From NCBI GenBank assembly GCA_965660855.1, contig CBFIBM010000001.1, positions 320,001-384,000 of the forward strand: a stretch of DNA of 64,000 bases. Reading direction: 5' to 3'. The notes under the pieces were generated by a model. The model searched no databases. It had not been told where the DNA came from and saw nothing but the letters and a program-made list of their open reading frames with translations. The position numbers and the translations under genes are program-made. The stretch is from an uncultured bacterium. GTDB taxonomy: Bacteria > Fidelibacterota > Marinisomatia > Marinisomatales > UBA1611. Below, one piece after another: positions 21,459 through 31,432 of the stretch (its first letter is position 1; the number at the start of each line of letters is the position of its first letter).

Positions 21459-22130
21459 ATGGATGTTTTTGAGTTTATCAAAGAAAAAAGAACAGAGGTA
21501 AAAGAAAATACGGAGCAGTATAGAGCTATCTTGGAACCGAAGCTTAGATTATTATCAAAGCAGATTAATTCAAAAATAATTAATAACTTAAATAATCCAT
21601 GGATATCTAACTTAATCCCATTTGACAGTTCTTCATTATTTAGTAAAAAATATAAAATTGATAATGAAAAGATTAAAAATGCCTATCATAAAATCAATGA
21701 AAGAATAGGGGAAGAAATTTTTATTGGAGATTGGGAGCTAATAGATCAAAATCGAATAAATACTTTTGCAGAAGTAACAGGGGATAAACAATGGATCCAT
21801 ATTAATACTGAAAAAGCAAAAAAAGAATCGCCATTTAAATCTACCATCGCACATGGTTTTCTAACTTTATCCATGATACCAAGGTTGACCGAAAGTCTCC
21901 AACAAAAAAAACTATATTCTAATTCAAAATTGATTGTGAATTATGGTTTAAACCAAGTACGATTTCCATACCCTGTAAGATCTAATTCTAAAATTAGAGG
22001 TAGAGTAAAATTAATCAGTGCAATACCTTTGAAAAAGAGTATTGAAGTTGTGAATGAAATTAGTATCGAAATGGAAGGAAAAAAGCGTTTTGGATGTGTT
22101 GCTGAAACAGTACTAAGGTTATACTATTAA
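21459..22130 (+). CDS. MaoC-family (hotdog) dehydratase with N-terminal extension
   Basis: FAEVTGDKQWIH, TIAHGFLTLS, NYGLNQVRF. Confidence 0.9.
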   Translation: MDVFEFIKEKRTEVKENTEQYRAILEPKLRLLSKQINSKIINNLNNPWISNLIPFDSSSLFSKKYKIDNEKIKNAYHKINERIGEEIFIGDWELIDQNRINTFAEVTGDKQWIHINTEKAKKESPFKSTIAHGFLTLSMIPRLTESLQQKKLYSNSKLIVNYGLNQVRFPYPVRSNSKIRGRVKLISAIPLKKSIEVVNEISIEMEGKKRFGCVAETVLRLYY

Positions 22131-22162
22131 ATGATTCTTATAAAAGCAAAGGAAGCGATACA

Positions 22163-22807
22163 ATGATTATAAAATATATTATTTCAGTTTTAGTTTTTTC
22201 CCTTTTCTCTTGCGAGAAAAAACAAGAAGCAAAAAGTACCAGTAATTCTATCAAAATAGAATCACTGCAGGTTGGAAACTATTCTTTAGATAAATTAAAA
22301 TCTAAATTATCGTGGGTAGGTCGAGAGATTACCACTAAAACACACACGGGAACCATTGATATTAAAAGTGGAAATATAATGGTGGAGGATAATGGTAATA
22401 TTTCAGGGGAAGTTTTACTCGAAATGAATACAATTATAGTCACTGATTTAGAGGGAAGGAGCAAAGAGTATCTTGAAGGACACCTTAAAAGTGAGGATTT
22501 TTTTAGTGTTGTAGATCATCCTGAAGCAAAATTAACATTTAGAAATAATTCAGATATATTAAGTAATAAAATTACATTTGATGGAGAATTAACTATCAAA
22601 TCGATATCAGAAAAAGTTGAATTTGAAGTCTATTTATCACAAGGGTCGCCGAATATTCATGCTGATGCAAGTTTAACATTTGATAGAACAAAATTTAATG
22701 TTAAATACAGGTCTGGACTATTTTTTGATGATTTGGGTGATAAATTAATTTTGGATGATATCGATGTTAAATTGAATATTATTGCTGATATTCTTGCTGA
22801 AAAATGA
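22163..22807 (+). CDS. YceI-family lipoprotein
   Basis: Lipobox LFSC; SKLSWVG, LEGHLKSEDFF, GELTIK, FDRTKF. Confidence 0.9.
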   Translation: MIIKYIISVLVFSLFSCEKKQEAKSTSNSIKIESLQVGNYSLDKLKSKLSWVGREITTKTHTGTIDIKSGNIMVEDNGNISGEVLLEMNTIIVTDLEGRSKEYLEGHLKSEDFFSVVDHPEAKLTFRNNSDILSNKITFDGELTIKSISEKVEFEVYLSQGSPNIHADASLTFDRTKFNVKYRSGLFFDDLGDKLILDDIDVKLNIIADILAEK

Positions 22808-22816
22808 TTTAATCTC

Positions 22817-22924
22817 TTAAGTCTTTTCTAGATTTTTTGATCCCCAGTCACCTAATTTATTAAAAACTGGAAGTAGTGTTTTACCTTTACTGGTTAGAGA
22901 GTACTCAACTCTTGGTGGAATTTC
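22817..22924 (-). pseudogene. 3' remnant of an HxlR-family winged-helix regulator
   Basis: Minus strand reads [35 protein letters not shown]; in-frame TAA immediately upstream, no start codon or HTH. Confidence 0.85.
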
Positions 22925-22926
22925 TT

Positions 22927-23338
22927 AGTAAAAATGGAATAATCAATGGAAATATTATCTTAGATATTAAAGTCAATTGACGTTAAGGATTTAGGAGGAC
23001 AGTGGAAAGAAAAACTAAATGGTCATTTGAAAAGTCAAGATTTTTTTGATATTGTCAATTATCCAACATCAAATCTAAAATTTAATGGTAACATAAATAA
23101 TAAGATAAATGAACAATATCTATTTAATGGGGACCTTACAATTAAGGGTATCACTCATCCAATTTCATTTGCTTCAAAAATTAACAATAAAAATGAAATG
23201 CTGATTGTAGATGCAAAACTTACGTTTGATAGGTCTTAGTATGATGTCAGATTTGGCTCTGGAAAATTTTTTGAAAACCTTGGTGATAAATTAATTTTCG
23301 ATGAAATAGAGGTGGATGTAATTCTTATTACAAATTAA
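22927..23338 (+). pseudogene. Truncated, frameshifted YceI paralog
   Basis: SKNGIINGNIILDI / frameshift near 22968 / KSIDVKDLGGQWKEKLNGHLKSQDFF...FDRS*(TAG 23237)YDVRFGSGKFFENLGDKLIFDEI; 5' third missing. Confidence 0.85.
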
Positions 23339-23422
23339 ATATCATGTATTATTGATACTATTATTCATTTACTTTAAATAGTGGATTTATATTTTTGTAA
23401 TAGTCTAATATATCGATAGGCT

Positions 23423-24562
23423 ATGAAGTATATATTAAAAAGAAGAGAAATAATTAAGATAATAATCGGGGGATTAATATCTATCTTCAGTTCTCTCTTT
23501 GGATTGAATAAGTTTCATAAAAAAAAGGTTACAAGCGTTTCCATGAATAATATTAAAAGAATAACTAATTTGCCTGAAAACGGACCATGGCCAACATTGG
23601 ATCCTTTTTTATTTTGTGTTCATCATAATGATGAATATCCACTCGCAACTAAAAATTATTTTCCTAAATCAAGTTTAAGTGGAAGAAATATTGGAAATGA
23701 TTTTTCTAATAAAGATGGGTGGAACATGTATCATGGTGAGACTATTCCAGGTTTTCCAAAACATCCTCATAGAGGCTTTGAAACATTAACGGTAGTAGAA
23801 AAAGGATTTATTGATCATTCAGACTCTTTAGGGGCTACTGCAAGATATGGTAATGGAGATTCCCAATGGTTAACTGCCGGTAATGGAATTAACCACTCAG
23901 AAATGTTTCCACTATTCAATCAAGATAAGATTAATAAGCTAGATTTTTTTCAAATTTGGATTAACCTTCCAGCCAAAAATAAATTTGTAAGTCCAAAATT
24001 TTTAATGTTCTGGAAAGATCAGATTCCTAAAGTGAAATTAAAAGATAAAAATGGTGTAGTGTCTACGATGGAAATAATCTCTGGAGATTTTAATAAGATT
24101 AAGGCTCCAGTTGCACCACCAAATTCCTGGGCAAGTAATCCTCTGAATCATGTTGCTGTTTGGGTATTACATTTAAAAAGTAAAGGAATTGTTAAAATAC
24201 CCAAGGCTGCTACAGACATCAATAGATGTCTTTATTTAAACAAGGATACCAAAATTAATTTAAATAATAATCCAATAAAAGCTCATACTATGATCGAATT
24301 ACATTCTGACAAAAGCATTTCTTTGGAAAATAAAGGATCTGATACTAAAATATTAATCCTTCAAGGAAAGCCCATTAATGAGCCAGTTGCAAAATATGGA
24401 CCTTTTGTGATGAATACAAGATCAGAAATAGAACAAGCATTTCATGATTATAATTCAACTGGATTTGGTGGATGGAAATGGGAAAAACCTGACCCCATAC
24501 ATGGAAGTTTCAATGGGAAATTTGCGAAGTATCCAAATGGAGATTTCGACAAGCCATCGTAG
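23423..24562 (+). CDS. Pirin-family protein, possible Tat-like N-terminus
   Basis: DPFLFCVHH, GFPKHPHRGFET, GINHSE, QIWINLP, EPVAKYGPFVMN. Confidence 0.9.
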   Translation: MKYILKRREIIKIIIGGLISIFSSLFGLNKFHKKKVTSVSMNNIKRITNLPENGPWPTLDPFLFCVHHNDEYPLATKNYFPKSSLSGRNIGNDFSNKDGWNMYHGETIPGFPKHPHRGFETLTVVEKGFIDHSDSLGATARYGNGDSQWLTAGNGINHSEMFPLFNQDKINKLDFFQIWINLPAKNKFVSPKFLMFWKDQIPKVKLKDKNGVVSTMEIISGDFNKIKAPVAPPNSWASNPLNHVAVWVLHLKSKGIVKIPKAATDINRCLYLNKDTKINLNNNPIKAHTMIELHSDKSISLENKGSDTKILILQGKPINEPVAKYGPFVMNTRSEIEQAFHDYNSTGFGGWKWEKPDPIHGSFNGKFAKYPNGDFDKPS

Positions 24563-24610
24563 GCAATTAATAGATGGTAAAATTTTAAAATAAAATAAAA
24601 GGAAAATTAA

Positions 24611-25003
24611 ATGAAAAAAACATTTAACGATATGGTTGAAGAATCAAGAGATAATCTAGATATTATTGATTCTCACACACTTAATTCTTTGATAGAGAAA
24701 AAAGAAGATATGGTGATAATTGATGTAAATGATAAAGAGGATGTCGAGCAAAGGGGAATGGTAGATGGAGCAATAAATGTTTCACTAGGAACACTCTATT
24801 ACAAGGCTGATGATAAAGTTCCTGAAGATTTTAAAGACAACCGTATTCAAGATAGAAATAAAAAAGTAGTGGTTACATGTGGGCTGGGTATGTGCGCAGC
24901 AATTGGTGGGAAAGTTTTAAAGGATATGGGCTTTAAAGATGTTGTTCTTTTAGATGGCGGTGTGACAAAATGGAAAGAAGACGGCTATGAATTAAAAAAG
25001 TAA
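24611..25003 (+). CDS. Rhodanese-like domain protein
   Basis: VIIDV, GAINV, active-site loop CGLGMCA, LDGGVTKWK. Confidence 0.85.
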   Translation: MKKTFNDMVEESRDNLDIIDSHTLNSLIEKKEDMVIIDVNDKEDVEQRGMVDGAINVSLGTLYYKADDKVPEDFKDNRIQDRNKKVVVTCGLGMCAAIGGKVLKDMGFKDVVLLDGGVTKWKEDGYELKK

Positions 25004-25008
25004 TTTAA

Positions 25009-25048
25009 GTTGTTGGGTGCTTGGATATTTTTTTCAAGCATCCATAAC
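25009..25048. terminator. Hairpin between convergent genes (probable terminator)
   Basis: TGGGTGCTTGGA pairs with TTCAAGCATCCA (two G-U pairs on + strand). Confidence 0.55.
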
Positions 25049-25049
25049 T

Positions 25050-26738
25050 CTACTTCATTAAAATAATCTTTTTAGTATCGCTAAATGAACCCGCATCAAA
25101 TAATATGAAATAAACTCCACTGGAATGATTACTTGCGTCCCATTTTTGCAGGTATTTCCCTTCGTTAAATTTTATATTATTTATTATCTGAAATATTTCG
25201 TTTCCCTTTATATCAAATATTTTAAGACTTACCATTTCTTGTTTGTGTAATTGAAATGGTATGTTCACCACTGGATTAAAAGGATTTGGGTAAGATATAT
25301 TTAATGAGTGCTGTTTTGGATAAATCGATGAATTATCATTGTTTAATGTGAACTCAAAGTTAAAGGGTTCTCCTAAATCATGACTCAAGGTAGATCCAAA
25401 ATAACCGGAAACCTCTAATTCTGAAATATTAATAATTTCAAATTCAGAGGTTAAATTGTCATCAGAGTATGTTAATTGAGTTAAAAGTCCCTCACCTGGT
25501 GGTATTGGATTTCCAAAGTATTGTGAAAGTCCAACAACTAATCCAGCATCATTTGTGGAAATAGTCCAACTTTCTTCTTCGGCTCTTCCACCAGATCCAC
25601 TAAGGATGGGAATTGATGAGAGCGTGTTTTCTTCATCTGTTAAAAAAGAAATTTTAAATTGAAATCCATATATTGGTTCATAATTCATTAAGTATATATC
25701 TATTGTTTTATTCATGGTGTTTTGTGCAATAATCTGGAATGAAGCATCTGCATTAGAAATCATTTCGTCACTGTAAACTATCAACTGTGATTCAATAAAA
25801 TAGAATGGTTCAGTATGACCGTTATAATTATAATTACATTCCGCACAGGTTACACCATCAATACACGCTGGATTATTAGGCGAACATGCGTTAAAATAAT
25901 CTTGAAGTACGTAATCTAGTTTAATATTTGATCCAGCATTTATGTAATCGAGAAGATTAAAATCTTGAGGAGTTACTTTATCACCCGGACAGAAACCAGC
26001 TCTATCATAAATCCAAGTACCATTTTGGGGAGAGCAGTTATTACTTTCACAATCAGACCTCCATATGTTATGAATAAAAGTAGGTTCATCATTTATATTT
26101 ATATCATGTATTTTGTAGGAAAACTCTGCTGCATTATCTGTGTTCCCCTGTCCATGACCTGTTGTAATCATCCTTAAATTACTCGCTAAAGCATTTGAAG
26201 GTATATATCCATTGTAAGAAGGTATATCAATAGGGTTTGTATTATCCCCATATACTAAATTGGAGTAATTCCATACTTTTCTAATTGAAGTATAAGCGTA
26301 ATCAGGATTACCAACAATAAAATCAAAAGAAATTGAAACAAGCCAACCAGGGTCTACCCATGTATCAATGTATGATCTTAAAATTACATCTCCTATTAAA
26401 AAAGATCTATAATCGGATACGTTTAGTGACCATCCACATTCAACACCATATGGAGTCACATATCTACCAATTTCAAACCAATCATCACGATTATTAACAG
26501 AGATTTGAGCTTTTCTATCCCAAGGATCACAGCCACCATTTGGACATTCAAGATTAATATTCATAATGATTTCTGAAAAATGTGTGGTATGATTTGGAAA
26601 TGATATTGTATCAGTAAAAACCCTATTATTTCCAGAGTTTCCAAAAAAGTGATGCACTCTATCCAGAGCAACAATGGTTGTGTCTCCTTTGAGGTTTAAA
26701 AATTGAAATAGGAATATTATGAGAATATATTTTTTCAT
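25050..26738 (-). CDS. Secreted peptide-N-glycosidase F-like protein + cohesin-like domain + C-terminal sorting domain
   Basis: CDPWDR, FEIGRYVTPYG, TGHG, AEF, PQNGTWIYDRAGFCPG; IDIYLMN..PIYGFQFKI; YPNPFNP CTD. Confidence 0.75.
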   Translation of the reverse strand: MKKYILIIFLFQFLNLKGDTTIVALDRVHHFFGNSGNNRVFTDTISFPNHTTHFSEIIMNINLECPNGGCDPWDRKAQISVNNRDDWFEIGRYVTPYGVECGWSLNVSDYRSFLIGDVILRSYIDTWVDPGWLVSISFDFIVGNPDYAYTSIRKVWNYSNLVYGDNTNPIDIPSYNGYIPSNALASNLRMITTGHGQGNTDNAAEFSYKIHDININDEPTFIHNIWRSDCESNNCSPQNGTWIYDRAGFCPGDKVTPQDFNLLDYINAGSNIKLDYVLQDYFNACSPNNPACIDGVTCAECNYNYNGHTEPFYFIESQLIVYSDEMISNADASFQIIAQNTMNKTIDIYLMNYEPIYGFQFKISFLTDEENTLSSIPILSGSGGRAEEESWTISTNDAGLVVGLSQYFGNPIPPGEGLLTQLTYSDDNLTSEFEIINISELEVSGYFGSTLSHDLGEPFNFEFTLNNDNSSIYPKQHSLNISYPNPFNPVVNIPFQLHKQEMVSLKIFDIKGNEIFQIINNIKFNEGKYLQKWDASNHSSGVYFILFDAGSFSDTKKIILMK

Positions 26739-28165
26739 TTCAGAAATAAAATTTTATTAGTAAGGATATTTTCTCCATCTGACAATCGGATAATATATGT
26801 TCCAGAGCTAACATTCATTGGCTTCCATGAATAATTGTAAGAGCCTGATTTTAAATGTTCATCAATTAACACATGAGTTAGCTGTCCATTAATATTATAA
26901 ATATGAGCTTTTATATTTTTATCTGATTTTAAGCTAAAAGATATGTTGCAAATTGGGTTAAATGGATTTGGTCCAGATTTCAATTTATATAGATTTGGAG
27001 AAAGAATTTGTTTAGCTTTTACTAAGTTTTTACCCCACCCTCCTAAAGATATTTGCTTAATTTCATTCTTTAGTGGCATTTTCAGATTAAAGCTAGATGG
27101 TAAAGAAGATCCATCCAAAGAAAAACCTATAATCTTTTTCCCTTTTTGGGTCCAGCTCCAATTAGAGGGTAATCCATCATAGGAAATTAAACTTTCATTT
27201 AATAATTGTATTTCAAAACCTAAAATTTCACCATTCGATTCCAAATGAATGTTGTTATTTTGTTTAAAAAATTCAGCTTCTGTCAAAATGGTTCTATTCG
27301 TTATATTTATTTCTAAAACTAATTGAATTATTGTAATAACATCAATTATATCAATTGACCCATCTTGATTGATATCGGATGCATAAACTTGTAATGGCGA
27401 TCCAACTTCATATCCTAACATTATAGATACTAGCATAACAGCATCATAGATATTTATTGATTCATCAAAGTTTATATCACCTAAGATACCAGATAAAGAA
27501 TGTCCATCAACCCAACTTGGTGAACCGCGTAATAAACCATAATGACTATTGTTAGAATGATCAAAGAGTGTATCACCAGTTCCTTCATCGAAAGTATAAT
27601 ATGCAACTAAACCCTCTTCATTTCCTGTAAGACTTTGATCTATGAATTGATTAATCTCCTCTGAAGTTCTTGATATATTCCATAATCGTACTTCATCTAT
27701 TCGTCCGCTAAAAAATCGGCTACTATAATCTGAACCAATTCTAAGAGGATTATTATTTGATGTAACATTTAGGGATGTTCCTGAGAGGTTATATTCTGAA
27801 CCATTTATATATAATTTTCGAGTATTTTGATTTTTTACTGCCGCAATATGGTACCATTGGTTTGCATTAAGAATACCAGTATTTGTAGTTGCCTCATCAA
27901 AACTTAAGCCTGTATATGGTGCTTGGTCTGTAAGCCTTAATAAATAACCATTTGCTGCGCTAGATTGATATTTTGATACAATTCCACTCAGCCATGAAAA
28001 TTCTTCCGGAAATATCCATGCTTCAATTGTGTAATTTGAAGTAAGATCTAATTGATTATGATCTGATATTAAGACGTAATCATTTATTCCATCAAAATCT
28101 AACGATTTATCTTGGCACAATAATAGATTGTAAAGAAATAAGCTAAGAGAAATATAACATTTCAT
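26735..28165 (-). CDS. Secreted LamG/ConA-like + dockerin type I + C-terminal sorting domain protein
   Basis: SLDFDGINDYV, TIEAWI, WYHIAAV, GRIDEVRLWN; GDINFDESINIYD / SDINQDGSIDIID; PNPFNP. Confidence 0.8.
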   Translation of the reverse strand: MKCYISLSLFLYNLLLCQDKSLDFDGINDYVLISDHNQLDLTSNYTIEAWIFPEEFSWLSGIVSKYQSSAANGYLLRLTDQAPYTGLSFDEATTNTGILNANQWYHIAAVKNQNTRKLYINGSEYNLSGTSLNVTSNNNPLRIGSDYSSRFFSGRIDEVRLWNISRTSEEINQFIDQSLTGNEEGLVAYYTFDEGTGDTLFDHSNNSHYGLLRGSPSWVDGHSLSGILGDINFDESINIYDAVMLVSIMLGYEVGSPLQVYASDINQDGSIDIIDVITIIQLVLEINITNRTILTEAEFFKQNNNIHLESNGEILGFEIQLLNESLISYDGLPSNWSWTQKGKKIIGFSLDGSSLPSSFNLKMPLKNEIKQISLGGWGKNLVKAKQILSPNLYKLKSGPNPFNPICNISFSLKSDKNIKAHIYNINGQLTHVLIDEHLKSGSYNYSWKPMNVSSGTYIIRLSDGENILTNKILFLK

Positions 28166-28284
28166 GCGTTTTAAAATAAATTTGTTATAATAAATGTTGT
28201 CTGAATATATCTATTTTAATTATCGGAATGAATTTTATTTTGTATTTGATTATTAGTAACCTTTCAATATAAGATTTAATACCG

Positions 28285-28509
28285 ATGGACTTTGTAATAT
28301 TAATTTTATCTATACTTTGCACTATTTTTTATGTGGTGATAATGCCTTTTGCTCTAAAAAATAAAAATATTAAAGTTCATGATAACCAGTTTCAAGATTT
28401 TGTTAACAACGATTCAGGCTATGCTTGGTCTATTTCATCAAATAGAAAAAAACAGTATTACCATAGTTTAAATAAACGCTTAAAAATAAATGCAAAACAA
28501 AGAATGTAA
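28285..28509 (+). CDS. Small hypothetical membrane protein
   Basis: N-terminal hydrophobic helix; fills the gap in an operon-like arrangement. Confidence 0.5.
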   Translation: MDFVILILSILCTIFYVVIMPFALKNKNIKVHDNQFQDFVNNDSGYAWSISSNRKKQYYHSLNKRLKINAKQRM

Positions 28510-28536
28510 GTAGGTATTCATATCTAAACTAATTCT

Positions 28537-29160
28537 ATGCCTAATTTTGACTCCTTTGATAATCTTAGTAAGAATGGGGTTCTTAATTTTAAAGAACTTC
28601 ATTTAGAATATATTCCGAACTTTTTAACGCCTAAAAGTAGTAACACCCTACATAAAATATTTAGAAACTCTATTAAATGGAAAAATGATAATTTTAAAAT
28701 AATGGGTAAAAATTATAAGGTGAGTAGAAAAGTAGCACTTTATGGTGATAAAAATATTTTTTATAAATATTCTGGGTCTAAAAAAGTAGCAATTCCATGG
28801 ACTGAAAACCTTATAATTCTGAAAAATAAAATTGAAAAAATATCTAAAACAAATTATAATTCAGTATTATTAAATGAATATGATGATGGGGAAGTATATA
28901 TGGGTTGGCATAGTGATAATGAAAGAGAGCTGGGTATTAATCCTACGATAGCATCTGTGAGTTTGGGTTCATCAAGAGATTTTTTATTCAAGCATAAATT
29001 TGATAAAGCCTTAAAAAAAGTAAAGATTAATCTATCAAATGGATCTTTATTAATAATGAAGGGGCAAACACAGCATTTGTGGAACCATTGTCTTCCGAAA
29101 AGGCGCTTGGTTCATGAGGGAAGGATTAATCTGACCTTTAGAAATATTATCAATTCATAG
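28537..29160 (+). CDS. AlkB-family 2OG-Fe(II) dioxygenase (ALKBH2/3-like)
   Basis: NSVLLN.Y, MGWHSDNE, IASVSLG, GSLLIM, HCLPK, RINLTFR. Confidence 0.9.
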   Translation: MPNFDSFDNLSKNGVLNFKELHLEYIPNFLTPKSSNTLHKIFRNSIKWKNDNFKIMGKNYKVSRKVALYGDKNIFYKYSGSKKVAIPWTENLIILKNKIEKISKTNYNSVLLNEYDDGEVYMGWHSDNERELGINPTIASVSLGSSRDFLFKHKFDKALKKVKINLSNGSLLIMKGQTQHLWNHCLPKRRLVHEGRINLTFRNIINS

Positions 29161-29240
29161 AACTGATATCGTCCATAAAATTATTGTTTTTAATAGAATT
29201 AGAAATTACTTTTTTATAAAATATGATGTTAATTTAAATT

Positions 29241-30221
29241 ATGAAAATAACAATACTGATTATATCCTTGGTTTTTTCCCTATTAAACGGACAATTACTT
29301 GAAGACCTCGATGATTTTAAAAAACTAAAAAGAAATTTCATTTTAGAACCGTCATTCATTGAAAAAACTGATGGTTTATGGTATAATGGGATAGAAGATG
29401 AGTTATTTACTGGTAGGGTAATAGTTTATTCAAAGTCAAATCCTGAAGGGATAAAGTTAGCTGAATGTACCATAGTAAATGGTATCAAAAGTGGGTTCTT
29501 AATACAATATTACAATAAAAAACATATGGTTCCTGGAATTAAAGGACTATACGTGAATGGAAAAAAAGAGGGTGTGTGGACGTGGACTTTTCCTGATTAC
29601 AGTAAATATCTTAACGCATGGAGGGATGCAGAATCGCAGATTATAACTAGTATTGAATTCCGTGATGATAAAAGACACGGTTATATAACGATTGATCGAG
29701 CTACCATTGAAGAAAAAGGAGTTATTGAAAAATACTCCTTTTTGAGAAATGATATTTTATTGAGGGGTCAATACACTGATAGTAATAAGTCAGGAACTTG
29801 GTTATTCAACGAATACGAATTAAGTGATTTTGATGAGATGTCAGAGCCCTATGATATCGATATGGATCCGTTTTATTGGTCAAAAAAAGAGGTCTACGAT
29901 AAAACAGGTAACCTAGCGTATAATGAATGCCGTGAGCCTTGGGATAGAGAAATTGAATGTAAACCGACTAGCTATAAATATTTTAACCCGAAAATATTTA
30001 TTTATAACGATCAGAAGATATTAGCTGATAAATTAAAAACCAACAGTAGTAATATTACCTACATCCCTGATGATAATGGGTTCCAAGTTAAAGTGAATTT
30101 AAAAGATTTTAAGAACCATATCATGAAGCATCATCCAAACGGTACGAGTGTTCACAAGCAAAAGGGCTCTTCTTTTACGATTGATGATAGTTTTAGAAAA
30201 ATGCTAGGAAACTTAAGATAA
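29241..30221 (+). CDS. Secreted protein with MORN-variant-like repeats
   Basis: Signal peptide; FTGRV, NGIKSG, NGKKEGVW repeats. Confidence 0.6.
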   Translation: MKITILIISLVFSLLNGQLLEDLDDFKKLKRNFILEPSFIEKTDGLWYNGIEDELFTGRVIVYSKSNPEGIKLAECTIVNGIKSGFLIQYYNKKHMVPGIKGLYVNGKKEGVWTWTFPDYSKYLNAWRDAESQIITSIEFRDDKRHGYITIDRATIEEKGVIEKYSFLRNDILLRGQYTDSNKSGTWLFNEYELSDFDEMSEPYDIDMDPFYWSKKEVYDKTGNLAYNECREPWDREIECKPTSYKYFNPKIFIYNDQKILADKLKTNSSNITYIPDDNGFQVKVNLKDFKNHIMKHHPNGTSVHKQKGSSFTIDDSFRKMLGNLR

Positions 30222-30267
30222 TGGAGATTTTTTCTTTAAAGTATTTATCCTTTACGGTTCTAGATCA

Positions 30268-30741
30268 TTGAAAAGAATTAATGAATGGTTAGTCGCTTAT
30301 GGCGAAAGTCATAAAAATCCTTTAAATAAGAAAATTCATTGGATTTGCGTTCCAGCAATAATGTTTAGTGTTGTTGGGCTACTTTTTTCAATTCCTCATG
30401 ATAGTTTTCCTTATATTTATGGTATTATTCAGATTAATTGGGGTTTCATCGTAATAGGATTGGTTATAACATATTATATAAGATTATCAGTTTCTATGGG
30501 TATTGGAATGTTTTTAATTAGTATTTTTTTGATTTTGGGGAATCTCGCTATAAAATTATATCTAACATTTGAATTATGGAAAGTTTCTACTGTAATATTT
30601 ATCTTTGCTTGGGTAGGTCAATTTGTTGGCCACAAAATCGAGGGGAAGAAACCCTCTTTTTTCCAAGATATTCAATTCTTACTTATTGGCCCTGCTTGGC
30701 TTTTATCTTTTATTTTTAAAAGATATGGTATAAAGATCTAG
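30268..30741 (+). CDS. Mpo1/DUF962-family membrane protein
   Basis: YGESHKNPLNKKIHWICVP, WVGQFVGHKIEGKKPSF. Confidence 0.9.
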   Translation: MKRINEWLVAYGESHKNPLNKKIHWICVPAIMFSVVGLLFSIPHDSFPYIYGIIQINWGFIVIGLVITYYIRLSVSMGIGMFLISIFLILGNLAIKLYLTFELWKVSTVIFIFAWVGQFVGHKIEGKKPSFFQDIQFLLIGPAWLLSFIFKRYGIKI

Positions 30742-30758
30742 TAATGAGTGCTTTCTAA

Positions 30759-31403
30759 TTGTATTGCTTTATTATTCTATCATTTTTGATAAGTGGGCTT
30801 AATGGTGCAATAAAACTTGATAAAATCCTCCTATTCAACTCAAATACTTACTATGGTACATTTATAAAATCTACAAATGAAAAAGTATTTTTTAAAATAT
30901 CTGGAAATACTGAAGCAGATTCAGTTGATATCGTAAATATCCAGTTATTACAACTTTCTAGTGGAAACAAAATCATAGATAACGGAGTTATTGTTGGAAA
31001 AGTAAAAGTAGAAGATCTAGCCATAAGAAATGTAAGACAGGAACTTGAAGGTTCGTTCAAATGGAAAGCAATTGGAGTAGCAAGCGTTCCTATTAGTTTA
31101 TTATCTGGGTCCTTATTTTGGAATTTGAGTAAACGATTTAGTTCTTCGAATAATGGTATACCCCCAGCGTTATTGTTTGGGTTTTCTTCGGTTTTTAGTT
31201 TTCAATTTACTCTTGCAAATATTAACATTTTAGTGAAAGGGTTACCAAAAGATATTGATTTTAATGCAAAAGAATTATATGAAAATGTTTATGCTAAAGA
31301 ATTAAAAAAACAAAGAAGAATTCTTCTTTCAAGAGGAATTCTTATTGGTACATTAGGAACAGGAATGTTTGCTTATCTATCTAAAAATGTAAAAGTGAAT
31401 TAA
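30759..31403 (+). CDS. Hypothetical membrane protein
   Basis: Signal-like N-terminus and Gly-rich hydrophobic segments. Confidence 0.5.
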   Translation: MYCFIILSFLISGLNGAIKLDKILLFNSNTYYGTFIKSTNEKVFFKISGNTEADSVDIVNIQLLQLSSGNKIIDNGVIVGKVKVEDLAIRNVRQELEGSFKWKAIGVASVPISLLSGSLFWNLSKRFSSSNNGIPPALLFGFSSVFSFQFTLANINILVKGLPKDIDFNAKELYENVYAKELKKQRRILLSRGILIGTLGTGMFAYLSKNVKVN

Positions 31404-31432
31404 ATTTTTTGAATCAATAGAGGCTTACTAAA

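Noticed and set aside
23237..23239. In-frame TAG in the yceI paralog as pyrrolysine or read-through
   Set aside because: It aligns with a non-catalytic Lys in the intact paralog (AAG to TAG is one change), and the same remnant is also frameshifted and 5'-truncated.
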